DNA of 63,269 nt, counting the filler, from Choristocarpus tenellus KU-1152 (lineage: Eukaryota; Protista; Phaeophyceae): the NCBI GenBank assembly GCA_964200185.2. It is 11 parts of 11 records of this genome, joined end to end, with 100 filler letters (N's around TTAATTAATTAA, not from the genome) between each part and the next. Parts side by side here need not be neighbours in the genome. Positions count along the whole stretch, not along the records: positions 8,946 to 13,913 come from CAXNAD020012338.1; positions 14,014 to 17,818 come from CAXNAD020017822.1; positions 17,919 to 24,720 come from CAXNAD020007315.1; 8 more parts are not named here. One strand, 5' to 3'. The notes beneath the pieces were generated by a model that worked only from the letters and a program-made list of their open reading frames with translations, did not search any database and was not told the DNA's origin. Each line of letters opens with the position of its first letter. The first letter of the stretch is position 1. Of the stretch, positions 12,001 to 22,421 are shown in pieces. Both the position numbers and the translations under genes were made by a program.

Positions 12001-12940
12001 GAATGAAAGTATCTTAGAGGGTACGAGGTTTCCCCTGTTTGTCCGTTTGGGGCTTGGCGTACCGAACGCGCCCATCTGGGGTCGAGCCTTCCTTGTCTAC
12101 TGGCCTTTCGCGATGTGTAACGTATCTCACCAATTCCTATGTACGCGTTCCTCTCGAATACTAAGTTCCAACATGTCTTGTTTTCGGCTTTTGTGAAAGC
12201 ACGAACATGCCCCTCCCATTAGGAATGATCTCGTTATTGCTTTCTTAATGTATAGCCCAAATCCGGGTTAGGTCTAGATGGCGTTGCTGTTCACCATGCT
12301 ACATTGATCCAATGTTGTGATTTCGATGCAATTTTGGCTATCGTGTTTGTTAGAAAGTGTCCATATCCATGTTCTGGACACACCTTTTCATAACACAAAC
12401 ACTTTACCTATTCCTAAACATTTTGGAGAAGGAAAATGTCATAAAAGAACCCATGGGAAGCCAAGCCCCAAATGTACAAATGGGGCAATTGGTCTGTTTG
12501 CCCTTCTCGTTAGTTGTCTCCAGTACCATCTTGCCGATTGCCAGTGCTTCTAGTGTACCTTTATTACGAAAGGTGTAGTTGCGGGTGATCTCTGTTGCTG
12601 CAGTGAGGTCCTAGAGTCGTGGGGTAAGGTACACATTTGCCCCCGAGTCGCACAGTAGGCTGACGGTCTTTGTCTTGTCTTGAGTTGAGGATAGGAGTGC
12701 TGCCTCGACCATCCTGTTATACGCATCCTCCCCTACAGACACATTCATGGCGAGGAATACCCTTGATGATCCCTGCCGATCTGCCTTGCCTCCACCTCTG
12801 CCACCTTTGCTCCGTTCCCTGGTTGGTGGTGGTGGAAATTGTGGTTTCACCATCCCCTGGAGGCGCTTAGCAGGAGGTTTGCCAGTCAAGTACGAGCGGC
12901 ATTCTCGCCACCTGTGACTAAATCTTAAACAGAACATTGA
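9066..12940 (-). mobile_element. Ty1/Copia LTR retrotransposon internal region (protease-integrase-RT-start of RNase H), frameshifted and interrupted
   Basis: Protease LLCDSGAN (12611..12937); pre-integrase DVLLVPGL...LHNIMGH; integrase SGDGAGEF...PQSNGIAER (10483..11295); RT YKARSVARGF, GLKQS, YVDD; RNase H start GDSDWG. PR-IN-RT order is diagnostic of Copia. An insertion of ~740 bp lies at ~11755-12490. Confidence 0.95.
12001..12490. mobile_element. Two partial MITE family B pieces in opposite orientation inside the Copia element
   Basis: 12001-12058 matches the reversed right end (gaatgaaagtatcttagagggtacgag). 12307-12490 matches the internal part in forward orientation. Confidence 0.7.
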
Positions 12941-13675
12941 TTTGAATCGAGGCCGCTCTTGTGCAAAATATGGGACAGACGAGGGTATCTATGCCAACTT
13001 CAGGGAGAGATTCGAACTTGAGGGGACGTCAGGACCAATACCCTGTCTGTCAACATTCGTGAAGTTTAGACCGTTCTACATCACAAAGGCCACGGCAAGG
13101 TGTGTGCAGAAATAGTCATTCCATTTTGTGACACGCTACAGTGATGTTTGGATAGGTCTATGGTTACTAACCGCAGTCGCATACCGCATCATCTGTCTCC
13201 ACACACAAGGCAGTGCTAACCCACCGTAGCCCTCCCTCCACTCTTCCACACAATACAAATCGTGCGTTTGTATTCACCACATGACCACCGACCTTTCAGG
13301 TTCAGTGCCTAAGAGAGAACTGGAAGAAAGTACATGCGAGTAAGATCATTGGCGACGATGGACAACGCACTTGCGCATTCTTTGACAAAGGCAAAGGATG
13401 CGGCTCTGAAAAAGTGGAGGCCGCACTCGAAAGTGCTGCTCATTTCATGGCCTTCTTCCTGTAAGTTTGTGTGCGAAATCACAACTTACGATGTGGCAAA
13501 TGTGTCAGCACAACGATCTGGAGCAACAACCAATTCATGAACCCACTGTAGATACGCACACTACATACTTGCTCTCAAACCGTTTCACCACGTGTTCTAC
13601 AAATATGTGGCAGTTACAGCCGAACTCCACTACTGATGTGTGATCCGATACTCAGACCTCTACACTGACACCAAA

Positions 13676-13913
13676 GAGCCAAAGTATCTTAGAGGGTAGA
13701 GCCGCGTCCATTTGGGGGCCAAAATCCAATGTTGCGATTTTGATGTAATTTTAACTATCGTGTTTGTTAGCAAGTGTCAATATCCATGTTCCAGACACCT
13801 TTTCATAACATATACACTTTACCTGGTCCTAAACACATTTGAGTACGAAAAATGTCATAAAAGAACCCATGGGAAGCCAAGCCCCAAATGGAAAAACAGG
13901 TCAAAACTCGTAC
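13676..13913 (+). mobile_element. MITE family B, truncated by contig end
   Basis: Starts GAGCCAAAGTATCTTAGAGGGTAGAGCCGCGTCC and is colinear with the 16022 copy. Confidence 0.88.
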
Positions 13914-14053
13914 NNNNNNNNNNNNNNNNNNNNNNNNNNNNNNNNNNNNNNNNNNNNTTAATTAATTAANNNNNNNNNNNNNNNNNNNNNNNNNNNNNNN
14001 NNNNNNNNNNNNNCCATTAGGGTGTGGTGTTAAAACATAGACGACTCATTTGT

Positions 14054-14231
14054 GACCCAAAGTATCTGGGGGGGGGGGGGGTCTACACGAGGGTGTCCAT
14101 TTTGGCCCAAAATGAGGAAAAGTGCATTTTCATTATCCATTCGAAGTATGGAACCAAATCACCCAAAAATCGCGACACGAAAAAATTGGCCCCAAATGGA
14201 CTGCCGCCACCCCCCCAAGATACTTTTAGCT
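14054..14231 (+). mobile_element. MITE family A (~175 bp)
   Basis: gacccaaagtatctggggg ... cccccaagatactttt terminal inverted repeat; several other copies in the window. Confidence 0.85.
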
Positions 14232-14777
14232 TTTTTTTTTTTTAAACGATGCAATACTACCAGTCGATACTGACTGTTGATTGGTCCGTTACGCATTGGT
14301 CGTTACTTTCACTAGTTCATTATCACCACATCAATTACCATCACAAGACCGCAATACAGAATCGTCGCTTTGTATCACATAGGCAGGAATAGTATCCGTC
14401 GCTTGAGATGCATCACATATTGATTCAAGCCTGTTCTGTTGTTCTGTTGTTTGCCTTTTATTTTCTTTCTATTTATTTTTCTTAGCAGTAAAACCCCCTA
14501 GCTGCACGTAAGTTGTTGATTATCATCTCTTTCTTGGTTGTCATTGTTTTTTCATAGTGAACCAACCTCACTCTGCAATAAGTGTACCTGATGCACGTCT
14601 GGATGATATATATTCAGAGTTAAACCATCCATGGAAGCCCCTGTCCATCAAGGTAACAAGCACCTCCACAGAGCATGGACATCTTTCTTTGAGTATCTCA
14701 ATAACACTGAATTCACGTCATCATTCTTGACCGAGCGATCAATGACCTCAGTTACAACAGAACAAATACATTTGTGG

Positions 14778-14880
14778 TTTGCAGCACTATGGTTTCCCTT
14801 CGCAACGCAGACTACACACTTTATTTATCGGTGCTTTGCAGCACTATGACTTCTCTTCGCAACACAGACTACGCATTTTA
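14778..14880 (+). repeat. Two-copy 57-bp tandem repeat
   Basis: tttgcagcactatg...cttcgcaac.cagactac.ca occurs at 14778 and 14835. Confidence 0.75.
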
Positions 14881-15057
14881 CTCGAAAGTACGATGCATTC
14901 GATTCAGGTTTTATCATGTGGTATCGGGTGCAAGCAAGTGCAATTACCCCAAATGGTGCCTGTGGGTAGTGGGATCTGCTACGTTCTCCATTAGTAATGG
15001 TGATTGTTCCTTTTGGCTCAGTATTTTTTGTGAATCGGACGAACTAGGGGGGTGCTA

Positions 15058-15080
15058 ACCCTAACCCCAACCCTAACCCT
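15058..15080. repeat. Interstitial telomere-like (CCCTAA)n insert flanked by 8-bp direct repeat
   Basis: gggtgcta (15050-15057) + accctaaccccaaccctaaccct + gggtgcta (15081-15088). Confidence 0.8.
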
Positions 15081-15249
15081 GGGTGCTACGGTTGGTGAAG
15101 GTACCTCCAACTCATAAAAGCTGTGCGTCAAAAGGTATACAACGGACTCCATTGATGGAGAACGTATCAGATTCCATGGGTAGTATGTAAACGAACAAAC
15201 AGGACAAAACTCTTACCTATTTAAATGCTTTGGATCTGTGTCTGAATTA

Positions 15250-16745
15250 CTCAACCGACAATAACCTTGGGGATATGACTCTTGCGCTCCAGCTTCATTG
15301 AGTCCACGCTCTCCTTGTCCACGTTAATCTTTAGAAACCACCCATTTCACCGGTTGCGGCATCTGACTACCTCCCTCTGATGGTGGAATGACAGCTTGGG
15401 CTTCGATGCACAGGCACACCTGCCTTGCCTCCATAGCCTCTAAATACAGCTGGAACTGCAATTTGCTGAGGTTCATGTTGGAATCTTCGAGCAGAGCCTG
15501 TAGATCCTGAACGGTCAGATGTCAGTGCTCCGAGTTGAACCTAATAAATATTTCTGCACTTTGGTGGTTGTATGTTGAAACCTAGGATTGAATGAATCGT
15601 GCTCTTGTATGGTGGCAGGTTGGTTGTAGTGAAGGGGTGCCATAGTGCAATGAAGTACCAGTGAATTCATCCTGATGATCCTATTGACATGCTTCGACAA
15701 TCAGAGGTTATCTGGTACAAGGATTTAGGGTATTCCTTGGTGCATTCAAATATTCATATTCTGTGTAGAAGCTCGTCACCTTCTGAAGAAGGGCTTTGTA
15801 GATGTCTTAACTCTGAATATATTGCATCCACTTGCGTGTCAGGTACACTTAGTGCAGAGTGAACTCGAGGTCTAAGAGGGGGGAAAGTCAATCAACCAGA
15901 GAAAAAAGAATAATCAGCATATGAGATACAACTGATGGTTCTGATCTGAAGGTTAATAAAAAAATAAACTTGAATCATTATCTGGGACAACGCATACGAC
16001 ACATACTATGCTTGCATGTTTGAGCCAAAGTATCTTAGAGGGTAGAGTCGCGTACATATGGGGGCCAACATCCAATATTGCGATTTTGATGCAATTTTGG
16101 CTATCGTGTTTGTTAGGAAGTGTCAATATTCATGTTCTGGACACACCTTTTTGTAATATGTACACTTTACCCACTTCTAAACATTTTGGAGTAGGAAATG
16201 TCATAAAAGAACCCATGGGAAATCAAGTCCCAAAGGGACAAGCAGTGTAAAACTCGTACCCTCTAAGATACTTTCACTCTTTTTAAGATTAACTGTTCCA
16301 TACTTCCTATGCATCATGGGGTTGTAACGGTAATTGATGATTCTATGACGAGGTACCAATGATGTAAATGTAAGTATCAATCAGTACCGATGTACGAATG
16401 AATAGCCACTATGAACTGGTAATACTCTACCGTATCGATGTTACAAAAGATGGGTAGCCTATGTTTTAGCACTGTGAAGACCGCCAGAGCGCCAGACCTC
16501 TTCTTTGTGTCAAGATAGAACTTAAGGCCAGTCGCAAGCTGCTACACTGCCTTGTTCCACAACCTGGAGGCGTAGACTTTGGAAATCTTGAACTCAGCCT
16601 CGAGAGCTGGACCAACATCTCTTGTAAGATTCAGTTGTCCAGGAGGCAAAGCAGGCGCATACCACACAACCAATGTGTAGCAACCCTACACAGAGAGCTC
16701 CGCATTGTCACGATGGTCGGATGGTCTACCGCATTTGGCCACTTA
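15250..16745 (-). pseudogene. Second degenerate mariner-type transposase, split by insertions
   Basis: Manual minus-strand translation gives LEAEFKISKVYASRLW...LDTKKRSG (HTH plus RSGRP-like, ~16480-16680), then LTVQDLQALLEDSNMNLSK and KSHIPKVI (like KSHIPKVMF, ~15255-15520). Internal stops. Confidence 0.55.
16022..16279 (+). mobile_element. MITE family B, full length (258 bp)
   Basis: TIRs GAGCCAAAGTATCTTAGAGGGTA and TACCCTCTAAGATACTTTCACTC, flanked by TTT/TTT. Confidence 0.92.
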
Positions 16746-17783
16746 GCTTTTGTTGGGCCCTCTGTAGCCGATGCAACATAGACTGCTGCTTCTGAAACAC
16801 GGCAGAACTATACAAAAAAATGCCAAAATTAAGCCGTGATACTTGGAGTAAATTCCACTTCAAATGAAAAATAATACTACTGCAGACATCGTGCAAATCC
16901 GTCTGTTTCGCATGATACACCTGTTTGCTGGTCACCTTCAAGAGTTCTGAGGATACCGCACGCCCACCAAACGTTGAATATACTTACAGAGCAGAGGAGT
17001 ATCAAGAAATGTTAAATCGGCTCGGGAAATTCCATTGTGCTCGATTTTAAATAAAGAACCAAACCAAGTCAGAGGTAGGTAAGATGCATTTTAGGGATCC
17101 TGAGGAAGGATAGAAATACATTATTTTTTCCAGTTATAGAAAGAGCCTTTGCTGAATTGTGGTGTAACGTTGTATGTGGAAAGGGGGAATGTCGATTTTG
17201 TGTACACTATATGTGCAGAATAAGATATGAATTACGGCAATATGTAACCGAACGCATTCGGGACAATGGTTCATGTCCTAGTGGGTAATTAATTTACAAT
17301 TGATCATCATAGATAGAAAGTCCATACGTTCGAGACGCTTTCTATATTTTATTATTATGCCCTCTCTGACATGTTACAGATATGTCAAGGAAAAAAACAA
17401 TGAAAAACTATTCAAATGTCCGAACAACCCCTGGAAAAGTAACATTTGTCGAAAAAGTGAAAGACATTTTTCTATCGTCTACTCTGAAGTATTTACTATT
17501 TTACTTCCGGCTATGTTACACCACTGCCCTCCTATGCCTCCAACCATTTTCTATATCGTGATAGAGTTTTCTAGGAACGTTGAAAGTGCTCCCTTTTAGT
17601 ATATCTTTCTAGAAGCAACAGGTGCAAAACCATGCCCCACCATATTCAATAATATTACTCTTCTCATTTCAATCATGTGATCACACTCAGCGAAGGGGGG
17701 TCGTATGAGGCTCCCATCTCTACTCTCTTCTTCACATACTGACCCAAACAGCAGTCTAAATCTGCACAGGTTATGAGCCTTAA

Positions 17784-17818
17784 GGTTCGTAGTATCTGGG
17801 GGGGGGGTAACGGCTGTC
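17784..17818 (-). mobile_element. MITE family A terminal fragment at contig end
   Basis: ggttcgtagtatctggggggggggtaacggctgtc matches the reversed right end of family A. Confidence 0.6.
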
Positions 17819-18201
17819 NNNNNNNNNNNNNNNNNNNNNNNNNNNNNNNNNNNNNNNNNNNNTTAATTAATTAANNNNNNNNNNNNNNNNNNNNNNNNNN
17901 NNNNNNNNNNNNNNNNNNGTCCATCCTCCCCCCCCCCCCCCCCCCCAATACCAATCCAATCCATTATCCCTTTTCCTACACAGAACATGCTGGAGTATCT
18001 ATCAATGGAATCCTGTATAATTACTCAGGGGGCTGTAGATGCAAGTTCAAACACTCTGAAAGCAAGGCCTATCTACAACCAACATCGAATCTAATCCTTC
18101 CACAGTACACACGCCTACATATTACATCAAAACTCAAACGTATACCAATCAATCAACAACACATACACTATTGTATACACAATCAATCTTGATGTACCTA
18201 C

Positions 18202-21200
18202 CTCCTCCTTGCAGATTAGGGACACACCAACGCCCAGCTGTGCCAGGACATTGGCATACTCCACTGCGATGACACCCCCACCAATGATGGCCACAGCATT
18301 GGGCAGATTGGTCAAGGTACCCATCTCTGTGGCATCTACAACAATGCCCTTCTTGAAAGGGAGGCTTGCCCCGGACGGGAGAGTGGCTGGCCGGTTCGGC
18401 CTATATGCCACAACAAAAAGGGAGTTAGGATTAGGATTAGGGTTGGTGATGGGATTAGGGATAGGTATGAAACTAAAGCTGGAGGTGAGAATGTGGGGAG
18501 AGTCAGATTGGGGTACGATAGGAGTAAGGTGGGGATCAGTTATCATGATACATATATAATTTAAATAACTGTAGTGATTACAGTAAGGATACTTCAAATT
18601 ATATGAAGATTTTCTTTGTTGCAACTACTTTTTTGTTGTGGGGAACCTGTTTACAGTTCACAAATAACACAACCCTTCGTACATCCCCAAAACGCCACCA
18701 TATGCATAAACACACACACACACACACATACACACACACACATGTATGTATACATCAATAAACATACATCATGTACTTTCAGAAGTCAGCTGTACCTACC
18801 GGAGGGGTTATACGTAGGATGCCTTGACGAGAGCAGTATCTTCCCATTGGCACAACTGCACTGACCAAAACATGCATTAAACCAATTGTGCCTTATAATG
18901 AAATCTCTCATAGCCCTGTGTCTCAAGTGATCAGGAAAATATTGCGACTATTCCTCACTGTTGAGGGTTTGCACAAAAGTTAGGCATTCCATTTTCGAAT
19001 TTTTGCATGAGTCTGGAGAAATCGAAGGCGTTACTTGAGGCCGGAAGCGCATTGCTGCGTTTGACTCTGCACCAAACCAAACCCAAAGTCCTTGAAGCTT
19101 TGTTCTTCCTGAGGGATTTCAAGCGGTCTTGTTGATGAGAGAAGGTCCATGGCACAGACTAAAGCTTGCGTACAAAGCACACAGCAGAAGTGTGAGACTA
19201 TCAGCCTGTCCTAATCCCCCAAATACACAAAAGACTGATTGGATATTTTGATCACCATAGCAGGCAGTGTATCATCCCCGACCCCACTTGCATTGTCCAC
19301 CACTTCCTGTGGTCTGGACTACGGATCTGCAGAGTTGCTGTTGTTGTTCATGATGTGGTGATGATATGTCCATGGAGGGTGTTGAGGTGTGGATCCGTGG
19401 GGGGGGAAACAATCACACACTAAATAGAAGTTCAGACAACAATACCACAGCAGTAGGGATAGAAATGGCATGTTTTGGTCATTGACTGGCTCCTCATGGT
19501 GCATGGCTTGCAGATATGATTTCCATCCCTACTGCTGTGGTGATCTAACATCTTCTAGAAAGAACCGTTCGCGCGTACATCTTCAAGTTTGAAGTATTGT
19601 TCCCAAAACGATTAAGTAGTGACAATAACAAAGTAGATTGCTGCAGTCTAGTAAGTGGAACAAGTGGAACCTCCCCTCCAATCAATATTTTTAAAAGTTC
19701 TTAAAAAAGCAAAACATATTCTACCTTCCAAGATAAGGAGATAAAAAAAACGCACTTGCACGATGTCTCAATGAGAAAATTTAATAAATAGCAACAGGCC
19801 AAATTGTGGTAGAGGGAAACCCTGCAAAAATATGCAACATACCTAGATCCAGTGGCAATGCATACATGATGTGCAGGGAGCTCCACACAGCCTGAGGGGC
19901 GGCACACCCTCACAGCCATCTCTCCTGCAACCATGGATTCCTCCCCTTGTACTATCTCTGCTGCTCCAATGAACAGTTGGCACTGGTTCTTTGCCAAACG
20001 ATCGCGTGACTCTGCAGCCTTACTTGTGGAAATATATTTAACCGTGTCCACGGCAATCGAGACAAGAGGCCAGACGTCTGTTAGAGTTAAGTGGGGTGCT
20101 TCAGAGAAATAGGAAAAGTTGAGGGGTGGCCAGTCCCGCATGAGTAGAAGTCCCATTTCCAAGCACAGTAACTGTAAGAGATGATGAGGCACAAAAATAC
20201 ACACCAGCCATATCGTTGGTCGTCTCTTTGCTTCCATGGAGCACACATCGACTCTGTCAGGAGTCAGACCATGCATAACTAATGCTTCCAAGAGGCCAAC
20301 CGATGTAGTTCCTAAGCTACAGAAGGAAGTGCGATGGAGAGGACTGTCGTGGGGACTGGAGTACTCCCTAGTTCCATGATCCCAGGTCAGCACACTTGCT
20401 CATTCATTGTCCCTCCCCGATCACATTATCAAGCAGAGAGTATCTCATGGGGCATATCATAAGTGATAATTGTGGGTGCCTACAGGTAAATGTTTCTTGG
20501 TTTTGCTACTGCAGTAGTGGGATTGTTACTTTGCGGTAAATGTCACCTGCAAAACTTCAGCCTCACTACGCAGTGCCGGGAAGCGAAGAGTCCACATTCG
20601 CCGGATTTGTCTTCGCCTGTCTCCACCGATCTTCAGAGGAGAATTGTGCAAGGGGAGACATGCAAACATTCCTCGTTTCTCAACAACAGTTGGGATATGG
20701 GAATAGAAGCTGTGTCCTTGGTTGGAACCGCTGGACATGCGCGTAACTGTAAACTATACTGCAGTATAGCACATGGTACAATCACCTGGTCCACTGCCTT
20801 GACTATCTGCTTAGCAGCCTCACGCACAGCCTTCGACGTCAGCCCTGTTGGGCCCCCAAAGCTCTTTTTGATCTCCACAATTGCGACTTTCGCGCCCAGT
20901 CTTGAGGCTTGCACTGCCGCAGCCTCCCCCCCCGGCCCAGACCCTAGAACCACAAGGTCATAGGGCTCGTCAGGGACCGGTGGGAACTTCACCTGAACAT
21001 CGAACCGACAGGATAGCTGAATTGTTTACCTCCCCCCACTTAGTTATCACTGGGATTTATTGGCTAACGAATCTCTCTTTCACTAAGAACTGTTAACGTC
21101 ACTCCATTGCACCAGTCGTTTCGATGCAGTCTACAGCCTAATCAAGGTAATCACCCCTCAGTATCTTATACATCCACATACGTAGGTCTCCCCTCGCAAG

Positions 21201-21639
21201 AAGTGCAAGCGGTTGTCATAGATTAAAAGTTGTGCGCTCTTTGGAAGAATTGAAACGCTTCACCGTGCCACAAGCAATGATTTTTGTAAAGCTCAAATAC
21301 CACAGAACGTGCCGTTCGATCTGTATGTGCTGTCGATGGCTCAACACTATGGACATGAGAGAAATGTCCTAATGAATGGCTCACCTGGGATAGATCAGGT
21401 AGAGGTGTGTGCACCTGCCACGGGCCCTGGCCCTTCTTCCTCCTCCTCCTGTTGTCGACGGGTGAGCTTGCACAAAGTTGACAAGGAAACTTACCTGTGC
21501 GAGACCTCATGTCCTTAGGGGGGTTCCTTCTTGCCGAAGGCACATTCTTGCCTACGGGGGGACCTTGGAAGCCTAAATTTGCAACGATATGCAGGAGAAG
21601 GCACGATAATACCAAGACAACCCCTTTCTGCGACGCCAT
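18202..21639 (-). CDS. Soluble pyridine-nucleotide transhydrogenase (SthA/UdhA)-like flavoprotein of the class-I disulfide reductase family, with predicted bipartite plastid presequence; 3' end missing
   Basis: Exons 21639-21385, 20992-20786, 20630-20547, 20018-19843 and 18400-18202 splice in frame with GT/AG. FAD Rossmann motif [29 protein letters not shown] motif [14 protein letters not shown]-terminus is a hydrophobic signal followed by LG-FQ and a basic stretch. Confidence 0.88.
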
Positions 21640-22019
21640 CGCAGTTTCACGATGGCAGTAGTAGAAGATAGTACGATGTTCCGACCTTATCCTTGCCTAG
21701 AAGAAGAGCACTGGTACTTGAATCTTGCGTATCTCAAGGTTTCAAGCACTGCAATAACCTCTGACCTCCTCACCGCATCCTCGTGCCTTGATCCCCCTGT
21801 CGTTGCACCTGAGACTCTTGTATAATAGTAGGTGCTAGTTAAGTGTGTAGTTTGACATTTGGTGTTCATGTTGAAGCCTCAACAACATAGGACATTTTGA
21901 ATATTATTCAATAGTTAAACGATAAAATTCAACTAATCATCTACTGAGAAGTAGTATATAAATAGATAAATGTCCTTGACATTTACAACAATTGTTGCTT
22001 TTTTACATATAGGCAAATG

Positions 22020-22080
22020 GTTTTCATTGGTTTTCCCCCCAACACATCGAAAATGTTAGAGGGTTTAATAATAATATAAA
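22020..22080 (+). repeat. Repeat family D: hairpin plus A/TAA-rich tail (second copy 27809-27870)
   Basis: gttttcattggttt.ccccc..acacatc..aaaatgt.agaggg..taataa in both copies; the cccctgaca/tgtcagaggg stem is clear in the 27809 copy. Confidence 0.6.
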
Positions 22081-22421
22081 CACTAATGGTAGTAGTAGCA
22101 CAGTACTACTACTACTACTACTAGATTTTTTCAAACAATAAACTAGGATAGTAGATAGTGTAGGAGCGAATTAGTTCATGAAATGAGAAAGTTGGTCTTA
22201 TGTGATTATTCCAACTCTCCATACAAAACATACTTTGGTTTTGAAAGTGAGAATTAAGAACTGAGAACTGAGAACCAAACATCGTTGACTTTGGACTGGT
22301 GTTGTTGAGGTTGTAGGTTGTGGTGTATGGTGTATACATCCTATCTTTTAGGGGCCGCTCTTGAACCACAGCTGATAGACTCACGTGGAGTGGGTTCTTT
22401 CGTCTTCTACAAGGGAGAATA

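Noticed and set aside
12950-13670. Coding-like stretch (GIGPDV on the minus strand, suggesting an S41 peptidase)
   Set aside because: Single short motif, many stops and no consistent splice model.
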